A stretch of DNA of 64,000 nt from Candidatus Berkelbacteria bacterium (GCA_037140515.1 JBAXEI010000004.1:8453-72452); one strand, 5' to 3'. Counted from the stretch's first letter, positions 31,044 to 40,585 are shown. Numbers and translations: made by a program. Notes: generated from the sequence alone by a model not told the origin.

Positions 31044-31114
31044 TGTCATTCCCGACCCGATCGGGAATCTATATATTCCGCCTGGATCCCAGCCTTCGCT
31101 GGGATCCAGAATAG
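31044..31114. repeat. Intergenic nested-hairpin repeat, copy A
   Basis: The sequence reads TGTCATTCCCGACCCGATCGGGAATCTATATATTCCGCCTGGATCCCAGCCTTCGCTGGGATCCAGAATAG. It contains two perfect hairpins, and its modules are shared with copies at 31945, 42484, 56164 and 63151. Confidence 0.75.
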
Positions 31115-31124
31115 GCCATATTTG

Positions 31125-31856
31125 CTACAAATTTGCGTTTGAGTACACATTATTCACATCATCAAGATCGTCGATCAAATCAATTATCGTTTCGATCTGC
31201 GCAACCTTGTCGGCTGGCACATCGTTATAGACCATAGCTTGATGAACAATCTCAGCACTATCGATTTTGATGCCAGCGGCCTCGAGATTTGTCTTTACTT
31301 TATTTAGCTCTGTAAAGCCACAAGTAACGATGATCAGCCCATCTTCAATAGAAAAATCATCAGCACCAGACTCGATAATTGCCATTTCCATCTCTTCGCC
31401 CTTGAGCGTATTCTTGGCCTGTTCGATAAGCAGCTGACCAACTTTTTTGAACAAATAATTCACGCTGTTGCTAGAGGCAAGCGTTCCACCTTTTTTGTTC
31501 AAGATCGCGCGAATTTCGCCGATCGCTCGATTCTTGTTGTCCGTCAGACACTCGATGAGTATCGCCGTGCCACCTGGGGCGTATGCTTCGTAGATGACTT
31601 CCTCTAGCATCGCGCCGCCTTCTGCGCCGCCAAGACCTTTTTTGATCGCACGATCAATATTTTCCTTTGGCATGCTCGCGGCCTTCGCATTATCAACTGC
31701 AAGACGCAGCCCTGGATTCATCATGACGTCGCCGCTCTTACCATCCCTGGCTGCGATTGTGATCAGCTTAGCTGCCTTAGTGAAGAGCTTTGCGCGCTTC
31801 GCATCAATCCCCGCTTTTTTTCTCTTAGTGGTCGCCCATTTGCTATGTCCGGACAT
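31125..31856 (-). CDS. yebC: YebC/PmpR family DNA-binding transcriptional regulator
   Basis: The N-terminus reads MSGHSKWATTKRKKAGIDAKRAKLFTK. The protein is 243 aa. Confidence 0.9.
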   Translation of the reverse strand: MSGHSKWATTKRKKAGIDAKRAKLFTKAAKLITIAARDGKSGDVMMNPGLRLAVDNAKAASMPKENIDRAIKKGLGGAEGGAMLEEVIYEAYAPGGTAILIECLTDNKNRAIGEIRAILNKKGGTLASSNSVNYLFKKVGQLLIEQAKNTLKGEEMEMAIIESGADDFSIEDGLIIVTCGFTELNKVKTNLEAAGIKIDSAEIVHQAMVYNDVPADKVAQIETIIDLIDDLDDVNNVYSNANL

Positions 31857-31944
31857 GTTGCTCCTTACAATTTAGAATTTTTCTTTTTAGGATTACTCTT
31901 TTTATATCAAACAAATGCGACAAAAGCGAGGAATGGAATAAATC

Positions 31945-32033
31945 TGTCATTCCGGACTCGATCCGGAATCCAGAATACAATTTGAAGGAAAGCTTCCTGG
32001 ATTCCACCTCTCAAGCTTACAGGCTGGAATGAC
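31945..32033. repeat. Intergenic nested-hairpin repeat, copy B
   Basis: The sequence is TGTCATTCCGGACTCGATCCGGAATCCAGAATACAATTTGAAGGAAAGCTTCCTGGATTCC, ending GGAATGACG. The terminal inverted repeats are GTCATTCC and GGAATGAC. Confidence 0.75.
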
Positions 32034-32041
32034 GTGCTAAA

Positions 32042-32962
32042 TTATTCTGGGAAAACACCATCCTTATTCAATATAAATCTGACAGTGCCATTTTGATCAG
32101 TCCGATGAATAATCAGGCCATATTCTTTTAATAATGTTAGTGCCGCCTCATGCGGATGACCAAACTGATTATTGAGCCCGACGGAGATGACTGCATGGAT
32201 TGCTTTCACATTTTCCAGCAAATTTTCACCTGTGCCGTTTTCCGAGCCATGGTGCGCGACTTTCAGAATCTGCGCCTGCAACTCACTTAGTTTGTTTTCC
32301 TTCATATAATATGCAATCATCTCCTCTCGTTCGCCGACCTCCATATCGCCGGTAAATAAAGCACAGCTATCGAAGGTACAGAATCGAAATACTTCAGAAG
32401 AATTATTCAGATTATCGATCTCTTTCGACAAATAAGTGTCTCCAGGCCACAAGAAATCAATTTTGCCGTCCGCAAAAGGTGCAATCTCATCACCGACTTT
32501 TGGCACCTTGAAAGGAATCTTCTTATTCTTAGTCTTAGTCTTAATTTTATCCAAAAATTCTAAATACAAGCTCGAAGTTGAGACAACGCCAGTCGAGATC
32601 ACCTCGCCGACTTCATAGCGCTCCAATACCTGGTTCAATCCTGTAATATGATCAGCGTGTGGATGGGTTAGAATCATGTGCTCGATCTTGCGATCGCCTG
32701 CTGGCATCACACTACCAAGCTCGGCCAAAACTTTGTCATCTGGACCACCATCTATCAAAATTTGCTGATCTCCCTCCTGGATTAAGGCTGCATCACCCTG
32801 CCCAACATCAAAAAAGTAAATCTGAACTCCAGCAATTGCTGGCTTCTTGGAAATTTCGGTAAATATTAAGACGCAACAAACTAACAAAAAAACCAAAATA
32901 AACTGCGTCAGCTTCTTCATTTGACCACCTGATAAAAGGCCATCGGCAAACGAGCCAGCCAA
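32042..32962 (-). CDS. comEC: ComEC C-terminal metallo-beta-lactamase-fold domain protein (stand-alone, membrane-anchored)
   Basis: The MBL motifs read IYFFDVGQGDAALI and ILTHPHADHITG. An N-terminal TM helix is present. A likely alternative start (MKKL, at 32920) forms an ATGA overlap with the stop of the upstream ComEC N-terminal ORF. Confidence 0.7.
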   Translation of the reverse strand: MAGSFADGLLSGGQMKKLTQFILVFLLVCCVLIFTEISKKPAIAGVQIYFFDVGQGDAALIQEGDQQILIDGGPDDKVLAELGSVMPAGDRKIEHMILTHPHADHITGLNQVLERYEVGEVISTGVVSTSSLYLEFLDKIKTKTKNKKIPFKVPKVGDEIAPFADGKIDFLWPGDTYLSKEIDNLNNSSEVFRFCTFDSCALFTGDMEVGEREEMIAYYMKENKLSELQAQILKVAHHGSENGTGENLLENVKAIHAVISVGLNNQFGHPHEAALTLLKEYGLIIHRTDQNGTVRFILNKDGVFPE

Positions 32963-34362
32963 TTTACGATGACGATGATGTACTCGAGAAATGGCCAGAG
33001 CAGAAGTGCGGCAATCTTACCAAGTGGATAATAAATCATCGAAGAAACGCCGACCCAAAATGTCATAATCATTGCATATGGGACGATGAAAACCACGAGC
33101 AGGTTCGCCGCTGGCGAGATGAAGGAAACAGTGCCAAATTGTAATAATATGAGGGGAGCGACGGCCAGCTGAGCTCCAAGCGTCTCGGCCAAGCTGTGCT
33201 TCCAGAAATCTGAGATAACTCTGTGACCATCGAATTTGTCGATAATTTTCTCAAAAATTGGTGAAAAGTAAATCAGACCCGCGAAAGCCAGAAACGAAAG
33301 CTGGAAGCCAAGATCTGAGCGAATGATAAACGGATTCGCAAGCACCATCGCGACAGCCGCCACCAACATCAAGTTGGTCTGATCCCCTCTTCGCCCGATC
33401 GTCTTGCCAAAAATCAGCATCATTGAGAAAATCGCCGCCCGAACCACACTCGAGCAAGCACCAGTCATGACAACAAATGCCAAGATAAATAGAAGTCCGA
33501 GCCAAAAAGACCTCTTCTTTCCCAAGTAAACGCAGACCAGATTCATGAAAATGGCGATGATGATCGTCACATTGAAGCCCGAGAGCGCAATGATATGAGT
33601 GAGACCAGTTTTTTGCAACGAAGACATGAAATCGTCAGAGATATTTCGCTTGATGCCGAGCAAGATTCCTGCCGCGAGTGACGCTTGCGGCTCAGGAATT
33701 ACTCTGTTTAATGCCTGCTCGAAATATGTCGAGGTTTCATACAAGGCTTCGGCAATTTTCCAGCCGAAGCCAGAGTTTGCGGCCACAAATGTGACGTTTG
33801 CGGGATTACGCACCGTGCCTGTGACCAGCTTCCCCTTAAGATAGCCGGCGTAGTCGAAGCCATCGAGAATCACGGGCTGCTCGACCACGGCGGTGATTTC
33901 CAATTTCTCGCCAAAATGGTATTGTGGAAACCTTGGCAAAGTCACAAGCAGCTTTGCTGATTGATTTCGCTGGGTCGTAGCATTGAAAATTTCTGTCTCG
34001 AAAACGAGCTTTTGCTGTTTGTAATCAATCTCGGGCTTCGTGACGATTCGTCCAGTAAATGTGATTTCGCCATTACTTGTACAGGGCGGAAAACCTTGAT
34101 CAAAATGAGCGTAGTACGCCATCGCTCCAAGCAAAATAACTAGTCCTAGAGAGAACAAAGCGATAAATTTGTTCTTTAGTAAAAAATTGATAAAAGCGAC
34201 CAGAATGAGACCAACCGCCCCAAATACGAAGATTGGCCAAGAGGCCACGAGATCAATATTTACGAACGAGGCGAGAAGTGTGCCTGATAAGAAAAGACAT
34301 GAGATCAGGGTGAAGATCCGAAATGGAAAATAAAGATTTTTCCAGCTTAATCTCTTGAACAT
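32917..34362 (-). CDS. comEC: ComEC/Rec2 N-terminal part (DUF4131 plus polytopic competence channel domain)
   Basis: The competence-domain motif reads QKTGLTHIIALSGFNVTIIIAIF. The protein is 481 aa with many TM helices and lacks the MBL domain, which is encoded by the next ORF. Confidence 0.7.
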   Translation of the reverse strand: MFKRLSWKNLYFPFRIFTLISCLFLSGTLLASFVNIDLVASWPIFVFGAVGLILVAFINFLLKNKFIALFSLGLVILLGAMAYYAHFDQGFPPCTSNGEITFTGRIVTKPEIDYKQQKLVFETEIFNATTQRNQSAKLLVTLPRFPQYHFGEKLEITAVVEQPVILDGFDYAGYLKGKLVTGTVRNPANVTFVAANSGFGWKIAEALYETSTYFEQALNRVIPEPQASLAAGILLGIKRNISDDFMSSLQKTGLTHIIALSGFNVTIIIAIFMNLVCVYLGKKRSFWLGLLFILAFVVMTGACSSVVRAAIFSMMLIFGKTIGRRGDQTNLMLVAAVAMVLANPFIIRSDLGFQLSFLAFAGLIYFSPIFEKIIDKFDGHRVISDFWKHSLAETLGAQLAVAPLILLQFGTVSFISPAANLLVVFIVPYAMIMTFWVGVSSMIYYPLGKIAALLLWPFLEYIIVIVNWLARLPMAFYQVVK

Positions 34363-34428
34363 AATTTCTCGAAATGTTATTTAAGGTTATAATAACATAA
34401 ACAATAGAATTCATAACAAAGGAATAAA

Positions 34429-34944
34429 ATGAAAAACAATACCGAAGAGCAAGTACAGCCTGAGCCAAAGAAGAAAAATGTAAAAATTGATCCGAAATAT
34501 GTTGCCGAGCTGGAACAAAAAGTCAGCGAGCTATCTTCTGGCTGGCTTCGAACCCAAGCCGATTTTCAAAACTTCCGTCGGCAAACCGAGGAAGACCGAA
34601 AGAAGCTCATCAAGATGGCGAGTAACGATCTCATGATGGAGATCTTGCCTGTGCTGGATAACTTTCAGCTTGCAGCCAAGCACGTCCCAGCTGAACTTGA
34701 GAGTAACAATTGGACACAGGGCATCAAACAAATCGAAAAACAACTTGAAAATATACTAGAGAGCGAAGGTCTGACACGAATTCAAACTGTTGGCGCAGAG
34801 TTCAGCCCACACTTCCACGAAGCAATCGAACACGTCTCTTCAGATCAGCCAGAGGGCACAATCACGGAAGAAATTTCAGCTGGCTATGAATTTGACGGCA
34901 ATGTCATCCGCCCAGCTAAGGTCAAAGTCTCAAGCGGAAAATAG
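34429..34944 (+). CDS. grpE: Nucleotide exchange factor GrpE
   Basis: The conserved region reads LRTQADFQNFRRQTEEDRKKLIKMASNDLMMEILPVLDNFQLA. An AAAGGA ribosome-binding site and a TATAAT box (34388-34393) lie upstream. Confidence 0.85.
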   Translation: MKNNTEEQVQPEPKKKNVKIDPKYVAELEQKVSELSSGWLRTQADFQNFRRQTEEDRKKLIKMASNDLMMEILPVLDNFQLAAKHVPAELESNNWTQGIKQIEKQLENILESEGLTRIQTVGAEFSPHFHEAIEHVSSDQPEGTITEEISAGYEFDGNVIRPAKVKVSSGK

Positions 34945-34965
34945 ATTTTTGGCATAATTAAAACA

Positions 34966-34985
34966 GACCGCCCATTCGGGCGGTC
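34966..34985. terminator. Bidirectional hairpin terminator between convergent grpE and 34998-35348 genes
   Basis: A perfect 8 bp GC-rich stem (GACCGCCC ATTC GGGCGGTC) has an A-run on one side. Confidence 0.5.
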
Positions 34986-34997
34986 CGTCGATACATA

Positions 34998-35348
34998 TTA
35001 CTTAATTTGTCCAATGGCCTTAGCTTGCTCTATGACTTCCTTGGCAAATTCTTCAGGGAATATTGCCGAAGCGATTCCACCAATTAGACTGCTCAACACC
35101 GCGTATGCTACTGGGCGGCAGCCAACGTATTGACTTTGGATTGGCTTACCGTCGACATCACTTATACCCGTCTCCATATCATGAAGTGTCGTGGCGTAAG
35201 TCATTACAAATCCTATCGGGTATAGCTCAGGATTCAGCCGATCAGCCAGTAGTCTACCAAAATCATAGAGGATCTCCTCTTGATTAGGTATGTATTGGGC
35301 AAGGTTACGAAGCTTCTGCTTAGCTTCATCTGTCGAAATCAGTATCAT
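34998..35348 (-). CDS. Hypothetical protein (116 aa)
   Basis: The ORF lies between grpE and dnaK on the opposite strand. No family was recognised. Confidence 0.35.
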   Translation of the reverse strand: MILISTDEAKQKLRNLAQYIPNQEEILYDFGRLLADRLNPELYPIGFVMTYATTLHDMETGISDVDGKPIQSQYVGCRPVAYAVLSSLIGGIASAIFPEEFAKEVIEQAKAIGQIK

Positions 35349-35458
35349 GATAATCCTCCTTAGGGATAACCATATGGTTCAGAATATATTTATATTACCA
35401 CATTTTGTAACGTCTGTCAATATTAGAACGATATTTTTCACTGTATTAAGCATAGGTC

Positions 35459-35496
35459 TTGACAAAATGTAAAGTCTGCTTTACATTTAGTATATA
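35459..35496 (+). promoter_or_regulatory. Putative dnaK promoter (TTGACA-N17-TACATT) with embedded palindrome TGTAAAG-N5-CTTTACA
   Basis: The -35 box TTGACA lies at 35459-35464 and the -10-like TACATT at 35482-35487. The inverted repeat spans 35468-35486 and overlaps the spacer and the -10 box. No CIRCE element (TTAGCACTC-N9-GAGTGCTAA) was found. Confidence 0.4.
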
Positions 35497-35591
35497 TTGG
35501 ATTGGAGCAAAAGGTCGTTGCACCCCCTCCGCACCGACTTCTGCTCCACCGATATACAACATTTTATAAACAATTAGTTAGAAGGAGTATT

Positions 35592-37472
35592 ATGGGAAAA
35601 ATCATTGGGATTGACCTCGGTACAACAAATTCCGCTGTCGCTATCATGGAAGGTGGCGAAGCAAAAATCATCGCCTCATCAGAGGGCGGTAGAACTGTTC
35701 CATCTATTGTCACAGAGACCAAAAAAGGCGATCGCCTTGTCGGTCAGCTTGCCAAGAGACAGGCAGTTACAAACGCTGAAAATACTATTTTTTCAGTCAA
35801 ACGTTTCATCGGCCGAAGCTTCGACGATGCAGACGCTCAGGCAGATTTGAAGAAAATGCCTTATGGCAGCAAAAAAGCTTCTGACGGCTCGATCCGTGTA
35901 GTTATGAATACGAAGGATTATAGCCCACAGGAAATCTCAGCTTTCATCTTGCAAAAGCTAAAAGCTGACGCTGAGACCTATCTTGGCGAGACAGTTACCG
36001 AAGCTGTAATCACTGTTCCTGCTTATTTCAACGATGCACAGCGTCAAGCAACAAAAGATGCTGGTAAAATCGCTGGCCTAGAAGTAAAAAGAATCATCAA
36101 CGAGCCAACGGCTGCAGCTCTTGCATATGGCTTGGACAAAAAGAAAAATGAAAAAATCGCTGTTTACGACCTTGGTGGTGGTACATTTGATATCACAATC
36201 TTGGAGCTTGGCGATGGCGTATTTGAAGTAAAAGCAACCAACGGTGATACTCACCTTGGTGGTGACGACTTCGACCAGATCATCATGGACTTCATCATTG
36301 ATGAGTTCAAGAAAGATCAGGGAATCGATCTTCACACTGACAAAGCGGCAATTCAGAGAGTCAAGGAAGCGGCCGAAAAAGCCAAAATCGAGCTCTCAAC
36401 AGCTGTTGAGTCCGAGATCAATCTACCATTTGTCACTGCCGACGCTTCAGGGCCTAAGCATTTGCAAATGACGATTTCTCGCTCCCAGATGGAGAAAATG
36501 ATCGCGGCTCTAGTAGAAAAAACTCTAAAGCCATGCGAAAAAGTACTCAAAGACGCGAAGATGACGATCAAAGACATTGACGAAGTCATCCTAGTCGGTG
36601 GTATGACTCGTATGCCAGTCGTTCGAGAAGCGGTCAAGAAATTCTTCGACAAAGAGCCAAATCACTCTGTAAATCCTGACGAAGCTGTCGCTATCGGCGC
36701 TGCTGTTCAGGGCGGTGTGCTTACTGGTGAGGTCAAAGACCTTCTTCTGCTCGACGTGACTCCACTTTCTCTCGGTATCGAGACTTTGGGCGGCGTTTCG
36801 ACTAAATTGATCGAGAGAAACACAACCGTTCCAACTTCAAAATCACAAATTTTCTCTACAGCAGCTGACAATCAGACTTCTGTTGAGATCCACGTTTTGC
36901 AGGGCGAGCGCGAATTTGCTGCTGACAACAAAACTCTAGGCAGATTTATCCTAGATGGTATGCCACCAGCACCTCGCGGCGTTCCACAGGTTGAAGTCAC
37001 ATTTGATATCGATGCCAACGGCATTGTAAATGTAAAGGCGACAGACAAAGCTTCTGGCAAAGAGCAACGAATCACGATCACTAGCTCATCTGGGCTTAGT
37101 GAGCAGGAAATCGAGCGAATGCGCAAGGAAGCCGAAGAGCACGCTGACGACGACAAGAAGAAAAAAGAAATCATCGAAGCTAGAAATATGGCTGACAGCC
37201 TCATTTACACTGCTGAGAAATCAATCAAGGATGCTGGCGACAAAGTCGACACAAACTTGAAATCAGATGTAGAAGAAAAAATCAAAACGCTTAAGGATGT
37301 GAAGGACACTGACAACGCTGAGGAGATCAAGACTCAGACGGAAGCTCTAAGCACTTCCCTGCAGGAACTTGGCAAGAAGATGTACGAACAAGCTGCCAAA
37401 GAACAGCCAAAAGAGGAAGCTAAGGAAGACGAAAAAAAAGATACAGAAGAGCCAAAAGAAGAGACTAAATAA
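35592..37472 (+). CDS. dnaK: Molecular chaperone DnaK (Hsp70)
   Basis: The N-terminus reads [22 protein letters not shown] and is preceded by a GAAGGAG ribosome-binding site. The ORF track opens 30 codons upstream (35502). Hsp70 signatures DLGGGTFD and [11 protein letters not shown] are present. Confidence 0.95.
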   Translation: MGKIIGIDLGTTNSAVAIMEGGEAKIIASSEGGRTVPSIVTETKKGDRLVGQLAKRQAVTNAENTIFSVKRFIGRSFDDADAQADLKKMPYGSKKASDGSIRVVMNTKDYSPQEISAFILQKLKADAETYLGETVTEAVITVPAYFNDAQRQATKDAGKIAGLEVKRIINEPTAAALAYGLDKKKNEKIAVYDLGGGTFDITILELGDGVFEVKATNGDTHLGGDDFDQIIMDFIIDEFKKDQGIDLHTDKAAIQRVKEAAEKAKIELSTAVESEINLPFVTADASGPKHLQMTISRSQMEKMIAALVEKTLKPCEKVLKDAKMTIKDIDEVILVGGMTRMPVVREAVKKFFDKEPNHSVNPDEAVAIGAAVQGGVLTGEVKDLLLLDVTPLSLGIETLGGVSTKLIERNTTVPTSKSQIFSTAADNQTSVEIHVLQGEREFAADNKTLGRFILDGMPPAPRGVPQVEVTFDIDANGIVNVKATDKASGKEQRITITSSSGLSEQEIERMRKEAEEHADDDKKKKEIIEARNMADSLIYTAEKSIKDAGDKVDTNLKSDVEEKIKTLKDVKDTDNAEEIKTQTEALSTSLQELGKKMYEQAAKEQPKEEAKEDEKKDTEEPKEETK

Positions 37473-37490
37473 ATTCTAACGGCGAAAGAT

Positions 37491-37520
37491 TATGGGCAAG
37501 GCAACGCTGCCTTGCCCATA
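37491..37520 (+). terminator. Strong hairpin after dnaK
   Basis: A perfect 13 bp stem (TATGGGCAAGGCA ACGC TGCCTTGCCCATA) is present. The downstream T-run is weak. Confidence 0.5.
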
Positions 37521-37617
37521 ACTTATTTACTTCAGTTCCGACATAGCGTAAAATTTAATTGTAAATAGATAGCTATTTCAATTAAAAGGAGGGCTCCAGC
37601 ACACTGGGGTTAAATAT

Positions 37618-38274
37618 ATGAATTTTTTTAAACAACCGATTTTTTTGGGCATCTTAGCTGTCGCTCTGGTAATCACGATAATATGGAGCTTCATTGCAAA
37701 CAAAAACTCCGCCTCAAGCACTACTACTCAACAAACAACAACGGGTAGCACGGTCCAAGCAACAACTTCAGACCTAACAAATGCAACACCAAGTGATTTC
37801 GACAATACGGTCAAAGATGAGGTGACTGCTGCGACAAAGTTTGCTCTAGAGTTTAATCCTGAATTCAAGCTTTCGGTAATAGAAGTGGTAATCGGCAGTA
37901 ATTTACAACAAAGCTCTATCGTCACCCGATATGCCTTCTCGACAACAAAGGATGTGAGAAACAACTGGGTGTATACGACCAACCAAAGCGATGGCTCATT
38001 TATCCGAGCACTAATCCCAAAAGCTGATTATCTCGGCGATATCGTCCCTATCAACGCTAGCCTCTGGAAGTACAATTACATTTCAGCGCTACAACAAGCC
38101 GAAAAAAGCGGCGGCTCAGATTGGAGAAGTAAGAATACCCTGCTAGACGTAACCCTTACGCTAAAAGAATCAGCTGATTTGAAAAAGCTTTATTGGACAA
38201 TTTCATACAGAAGTGCTGACAGCACGGATACTATAGTGATAGACGCAACAACGCTAGAGGTCTCTCAGCAATAA
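37618..38274 (+). CDS. Hypothetical exported protein with Ser/Thr-rich linker
   Basis: An N-terminal TM or signal sequence (IFLGILAVALVITIIWSF) is followed by a low-complexity stretch (SSTTTQQTTTGSTVQATTS). Confidence 0.4.
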   Translation: MNFFKQPIFLGILAVALVITIIWSFIANKNSASSTTTQQTTTGSTVQATTSDLTNATPSDFDNTVKDEVTAATKFALEFNPEFKLSVIEVVIGSNLQQSSIVTRYAFSTTKDVRNNWVYTTNQSDGSFIRALIPKADYLGDIVPINASLWKYNYISALQQAEKSGGSDWRSKNTLLDVTLTLKESADLKKLYWTISYRSADSTDTIVIDATTLEVSQQ

Positions 38275-38351
38275 ATATATACTTGCAAGCAGATATAAAC
38301 TCAGGTAATGTAATCTAGGACTAAACAATTGGACTAGTTATAACTTTTATT

Positions 38352-38987
38352 ATGGCAACAGATCACTACAAAACATTGGGCGTTTCAAAAAACGCTACTG
38401 CAGAAGAAATAAAAAAGGCTTATCGCAAGCTTGCTTTGAAGTATCACCCAGACCGTGGTGGCGACAAAGAAACTGAAAAAAAGTTTAAAGATGCAAATGA
38501 AGCTTACCAAATACTCTCTGACCCAGAAAAACGTCAAATGTACGATCAATACGGCGACTCACCTTTTGCAAATGGCGGACAGGGACAAAGCCGAGGTGGT
38601 GATCCTTTTGGTGGATTTCAAGGCGACTTTTCTGGCTTTGGTTTTGGCGGCGGTGGACTTGGAGATATTTTTGAAGAATTTTTTGGCTCTGCTATGTCTC
38701 AAATCCAAGCCGAAATTGGTATCTCCCCTGCCCAAGCCGTGCTTGGCGATACAATCTCAATAAATGTAAACAGGGAAAAAGTAGAATTTGCTCTCCCAGC
38801 TGGCACTCAAGCAGGTACCTCATTTCGCTTCACTGGCAAAGGCAAAGTTTATCGTGGAAACCAAAGAGGCGACCTGATCCTCACAATAAAAATTGAAATG
38901 CCACGACATATAAATGCCGAACAAAAAGAACTCTGGCAGAAGCTCAAAGAATCAGAACAACAAAAGAAGAAGTGGTGGGGCGCTTAA
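38352..38987 (+). CDS. J-domain co-chaperone (short DnaJ/CbpA-like, lacking zinc-finger domain)
   Basis: The J domain reads [35 protein letters not shown] and is followed by a G/F-rich region. The protein is only 211 aa and has no CxxCxGxG repeats. Confidence 0.8.
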   Translation: MATDHYKTLGVSKNATAEEIKKAYRKLALKYHPDRGGDKETEKKFKDANEAYQILSDPEKRQMYDQYGDSPFANGGQGQSRGGDPFGGFQGDFSGFGFGGGGLGDIFEEFFGSAMSQIQAEIGISPAQAVLGDTISINVNREKVEFALPAGTQAGTSFRFTGKGKVYRGNQRGDLILTIKIEMPRHINAEQKELWQKLKESEQQKKKWWGA

Positions 38988-38997
38988 TATAGAAAAA

Positions 38998-39024
38998 AGA
39001 CTCTGAAAAACAGGGTCTTTTTTT
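38998..39024 (+). terminator. Rho-independent terminator after the J-domain gene
   Basis: The hairpin AGACTCTG-AAAAA-CAGGGTCT is followed by TTTTTTT. Confidence 0.55.
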
Positions 39025-39047
39025 GACAGATATTTTGGGTAAATTTA

Positions 39048-39076
39048 TTGACTTATTTTTCGCTTTGACCGATAAT
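39048..39076 (+). promoter_or_regulatory. Sigma70-like promoter (TTGACT-N17-GATAAT)
   Basis: The -35 box TTGACT lies at 39048-39053 and the -10 box GATAAT at 39071-39076. This sits about 60 nt upstream of the 39137 ORF, which has a GGAGGGG ribosome-binding site. Confidence 0.45.
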
Positions 39077-39136
39077 GATAAGAAGGAATAGTTAGTCCCA
39101 GTTTTGTAATTACGAACCTATGGAGGGGTTTAGATA

Positions 39137-39664
39137 ATGCAATTGACACAACTTCCAAGCGTGGATGTCTTCATCGGGCTCTTTTTTCTACTAGGCACTG
39201 CCTACGCTTTTATTCTCCAGCGAGAGAAAACGATCACGACACTTTGCTCGGTATATATCGGGCTTGTCGTTGCAACTCAATTTTCTGAATCTTTATTCAA
39301 ATTTTTCAACGGCAACGCTTTTCTCATGAATCAGATTTGGGTAAAGAGTAACATCTCTAGCTCCACGATTGCGATCGGTCTTTTCTTCCTAACCATTATT
39401 ATGGTCTCCGCCTCGATAAATTCTAAATCGAAAAGATCAGATGAAATCTCGATCATTGAAGTCTTGGTCTATAGCGGCCTCATGGTTGCCTTGATCTTAT
39501 CTTCAGTGCTTGATTTTTTGCCAGAGGCACTCAGAAATCACTATATCGAGGTCTCAGTCGCCGCAAAATATTTGAATAATTTTGGGACTTTCTTTGTCGT
39601 CTTGCCACCAGTCATGTTTGTGCTCCTTGGTCGCAAGAAAAAAGAACGTTCATATAGCAGATAA
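39137..39664 (+). CDS. Hypothetical polytopic membrane protein
   Basis: The ORF is 175 aa with 4-5 TM helices and a basic C-terminus. Confidence 0.4.
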   Translation: MQLTQLPSVDVFIGLFFLLGTAYAFILQREKTITTLCSVYIGLVVATQFSESLFKFFNGNAFLMNQIWVKSNISSSTIAIGLFFLTIIMVSASINSKSKRSDEISIIEVLVYSGLMVALILSSVLDFLPEALRNHYIEVSVAAKYLNNFGTFFVVLPPVMFVLLGRKKKERSYSR

Positions 39665-39673
39665 GGAATTAAT

Positions 39674-40012
39674 ATGATTTTCTTGCGTTGGATCTTGAAT
39701 ACACTAGTATTGTTGATGGTCGCCTATATTGTGCCCGGTGTTAGCTTCACTGGCTTCTGGGCGGCGCTTATCACCTCTGTAGTACTTGGATTATTGAATG
39801 CCCTTATCCGCCCCCTAATACTGCTACTAACGCTACCAATCAACCTGCTCACCCTTGGAATTTTTACCCTTGTGATCAACGGCTTTATGTTCTGGCTTGC
39901 CAGCAATATTGTCAAAGGCTTCGATATTTCAAACTTCGCTGCCGCCTTTTGGGGCGCCGTTGTTTACGCCGGGATCACGATGATAATCAATTATTTTTTA
40001 GAGAAAAAATAA
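39674..40012 (+). CDS. DUF360 / 'phage holin 4_2'-family small membrane protein
   Basis: The ORF is 112 aa with 3-4 TM helices, and the sequence reads LGLLNALIRPLILLLTLPINLLTLGIFTLVINGFMFWLAS. No other phage genes are nearby. Confidence 0.55.
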   Translation: MIFLRWILNTLVLLMVAYIVPGVSFTGFWAALITSVVLGLLNALIRPLILLLTLPINLLTLGIFTLVINGFMFWLASNIVKGFDISNFAAAFWGAVVYAGITMIINYFLEKK

Positions 40013-40083
40013 AATTAGTATAGGAATTGACTTTTTACCGATTTTTCGGTACTATTTTCAGAGTAATCTTATCTGATTCATGT

Positions 40084-40158
40084 GGGCCGTTAGCTCAATG
40101 GTAGAGCAGTGGCCTTTTAAGCCATTGGTTCTGGGTTCGATCCCCAGGCGGCCCACCA
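40084..40158 (+). tRNA. tRNA-Lys (TTT)
   Basis: The cloverleaf has acceptor stem GGGCCGT/GCGGCCC, anticodon loop CTTTTAA, T-loop GGTTCGATCC and an encoded CCA. Confidence 0.85.
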
Positions 40159-40163
40159 AAAAA

Positions 40164-40190
40164 AGTTTCCAAATATTGGAAACTTTTTTT
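40164..40190 (+). terminator. Rho-independent terminator after tRNA-Lys
   Basis: A perfect 9 bp stem (AGTTTCCAA ATA TTGGAAACT) is followed by TTTTTTT. Confidence 0.65.
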
Positions 40191-40263
40191 GTAGAGTCGT
40201 CTGGGGATGGGGTCGGGAAACGGGATTTTTTTGTGAATATTCTAACGAAAATTTTGCAATTGA

Positions 40264-40533
40264 TTAGTTCTGGACCCACTCAACATTTTTGAACTGATGT
40301 TTCGTAGCAATCAAGATAATATCGATAATATACCAAATTCCGAAGCCACCACCAGTGATAAGCTTCAAAATGCCCAAACCAACTTGTCCCATGATGAATC
40401 TGTCAACTCCGATAGTACCAAAGAAAATCGACATCAAAAGAGCCAAGACCCAATTAACCTTCTTCTTTTCCACTTTGCCTCCACTAATTATTGATATACA
40501 GATATTGTATAAACTTCCACCACCCAGTGTCAA
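40264..40533 (-). CDS. TM2-domain small membrane protein
   Basis: The sequence reads NWVLALLMSIFFGTIGVDRFIMGQVGLGILKLITGGGFGIWYIIDIILIA, which gives two TM helices with the conserved DRF motif. Confidence 0.55.
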   Translation of the reverse strand: MTLGGGSLYNICISIISGGKVEKKKVNWVLALLMSIFFGTIGVDRFIMGQVGLGILKLITGGGFGIWYIIDIILIATKHQFKNVEWVQN

Positions 40534-40544
40534 CAGTTCGCTTC

Positions 40545-40585
40545 TATAAAAAATCCTCCGATCAGATTGAGCAGAGGGATTTTTT
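40545..40585 (-). terminator. Rho-independent terminator downstream of lepA
   Basis: The hairpin AATCCTC...GAGGGATT is followed by a T-run on the minus strand and an A-run on the plus strand. This makes it a bidirectional-type terminator. Confidence 0.5.

Noticed and set aside
32917-32962. ComEC split interpreted as a frameshift pseudogene
   Set aside because: An in-frame ATG overlaps the upstream stop as ATGA, and the downstream ORF has its own TM helix. The ORFs are kept as two coupled genes, with sequencing error noted as an alternative.
35349-35591. Search for a CIRCE heat-shock operator upstream of dnaK and grpE
   Set aside because: No TTAGCACTC-N9-GAGTGCTAA-like sequence is present. 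Only the TGTAAAG-N5-CTTTACA palindrome was found.
39674-40012. Possible prophage holin
   Set aside because: The DUF360 'phage holin 4_2' family is widespread as a chromosomal membrane protein. No lysin, capsid, terminase or integrase genes are nearby.
40058-40292. ORFs 40058-40279 (minus) and 40080-40292 (plus) overlapping tRNA-Lys
   Set aside because: They span a clear tRNA cloverleaf and its terminator. They are artefacts of stop-free tRNA sequence.
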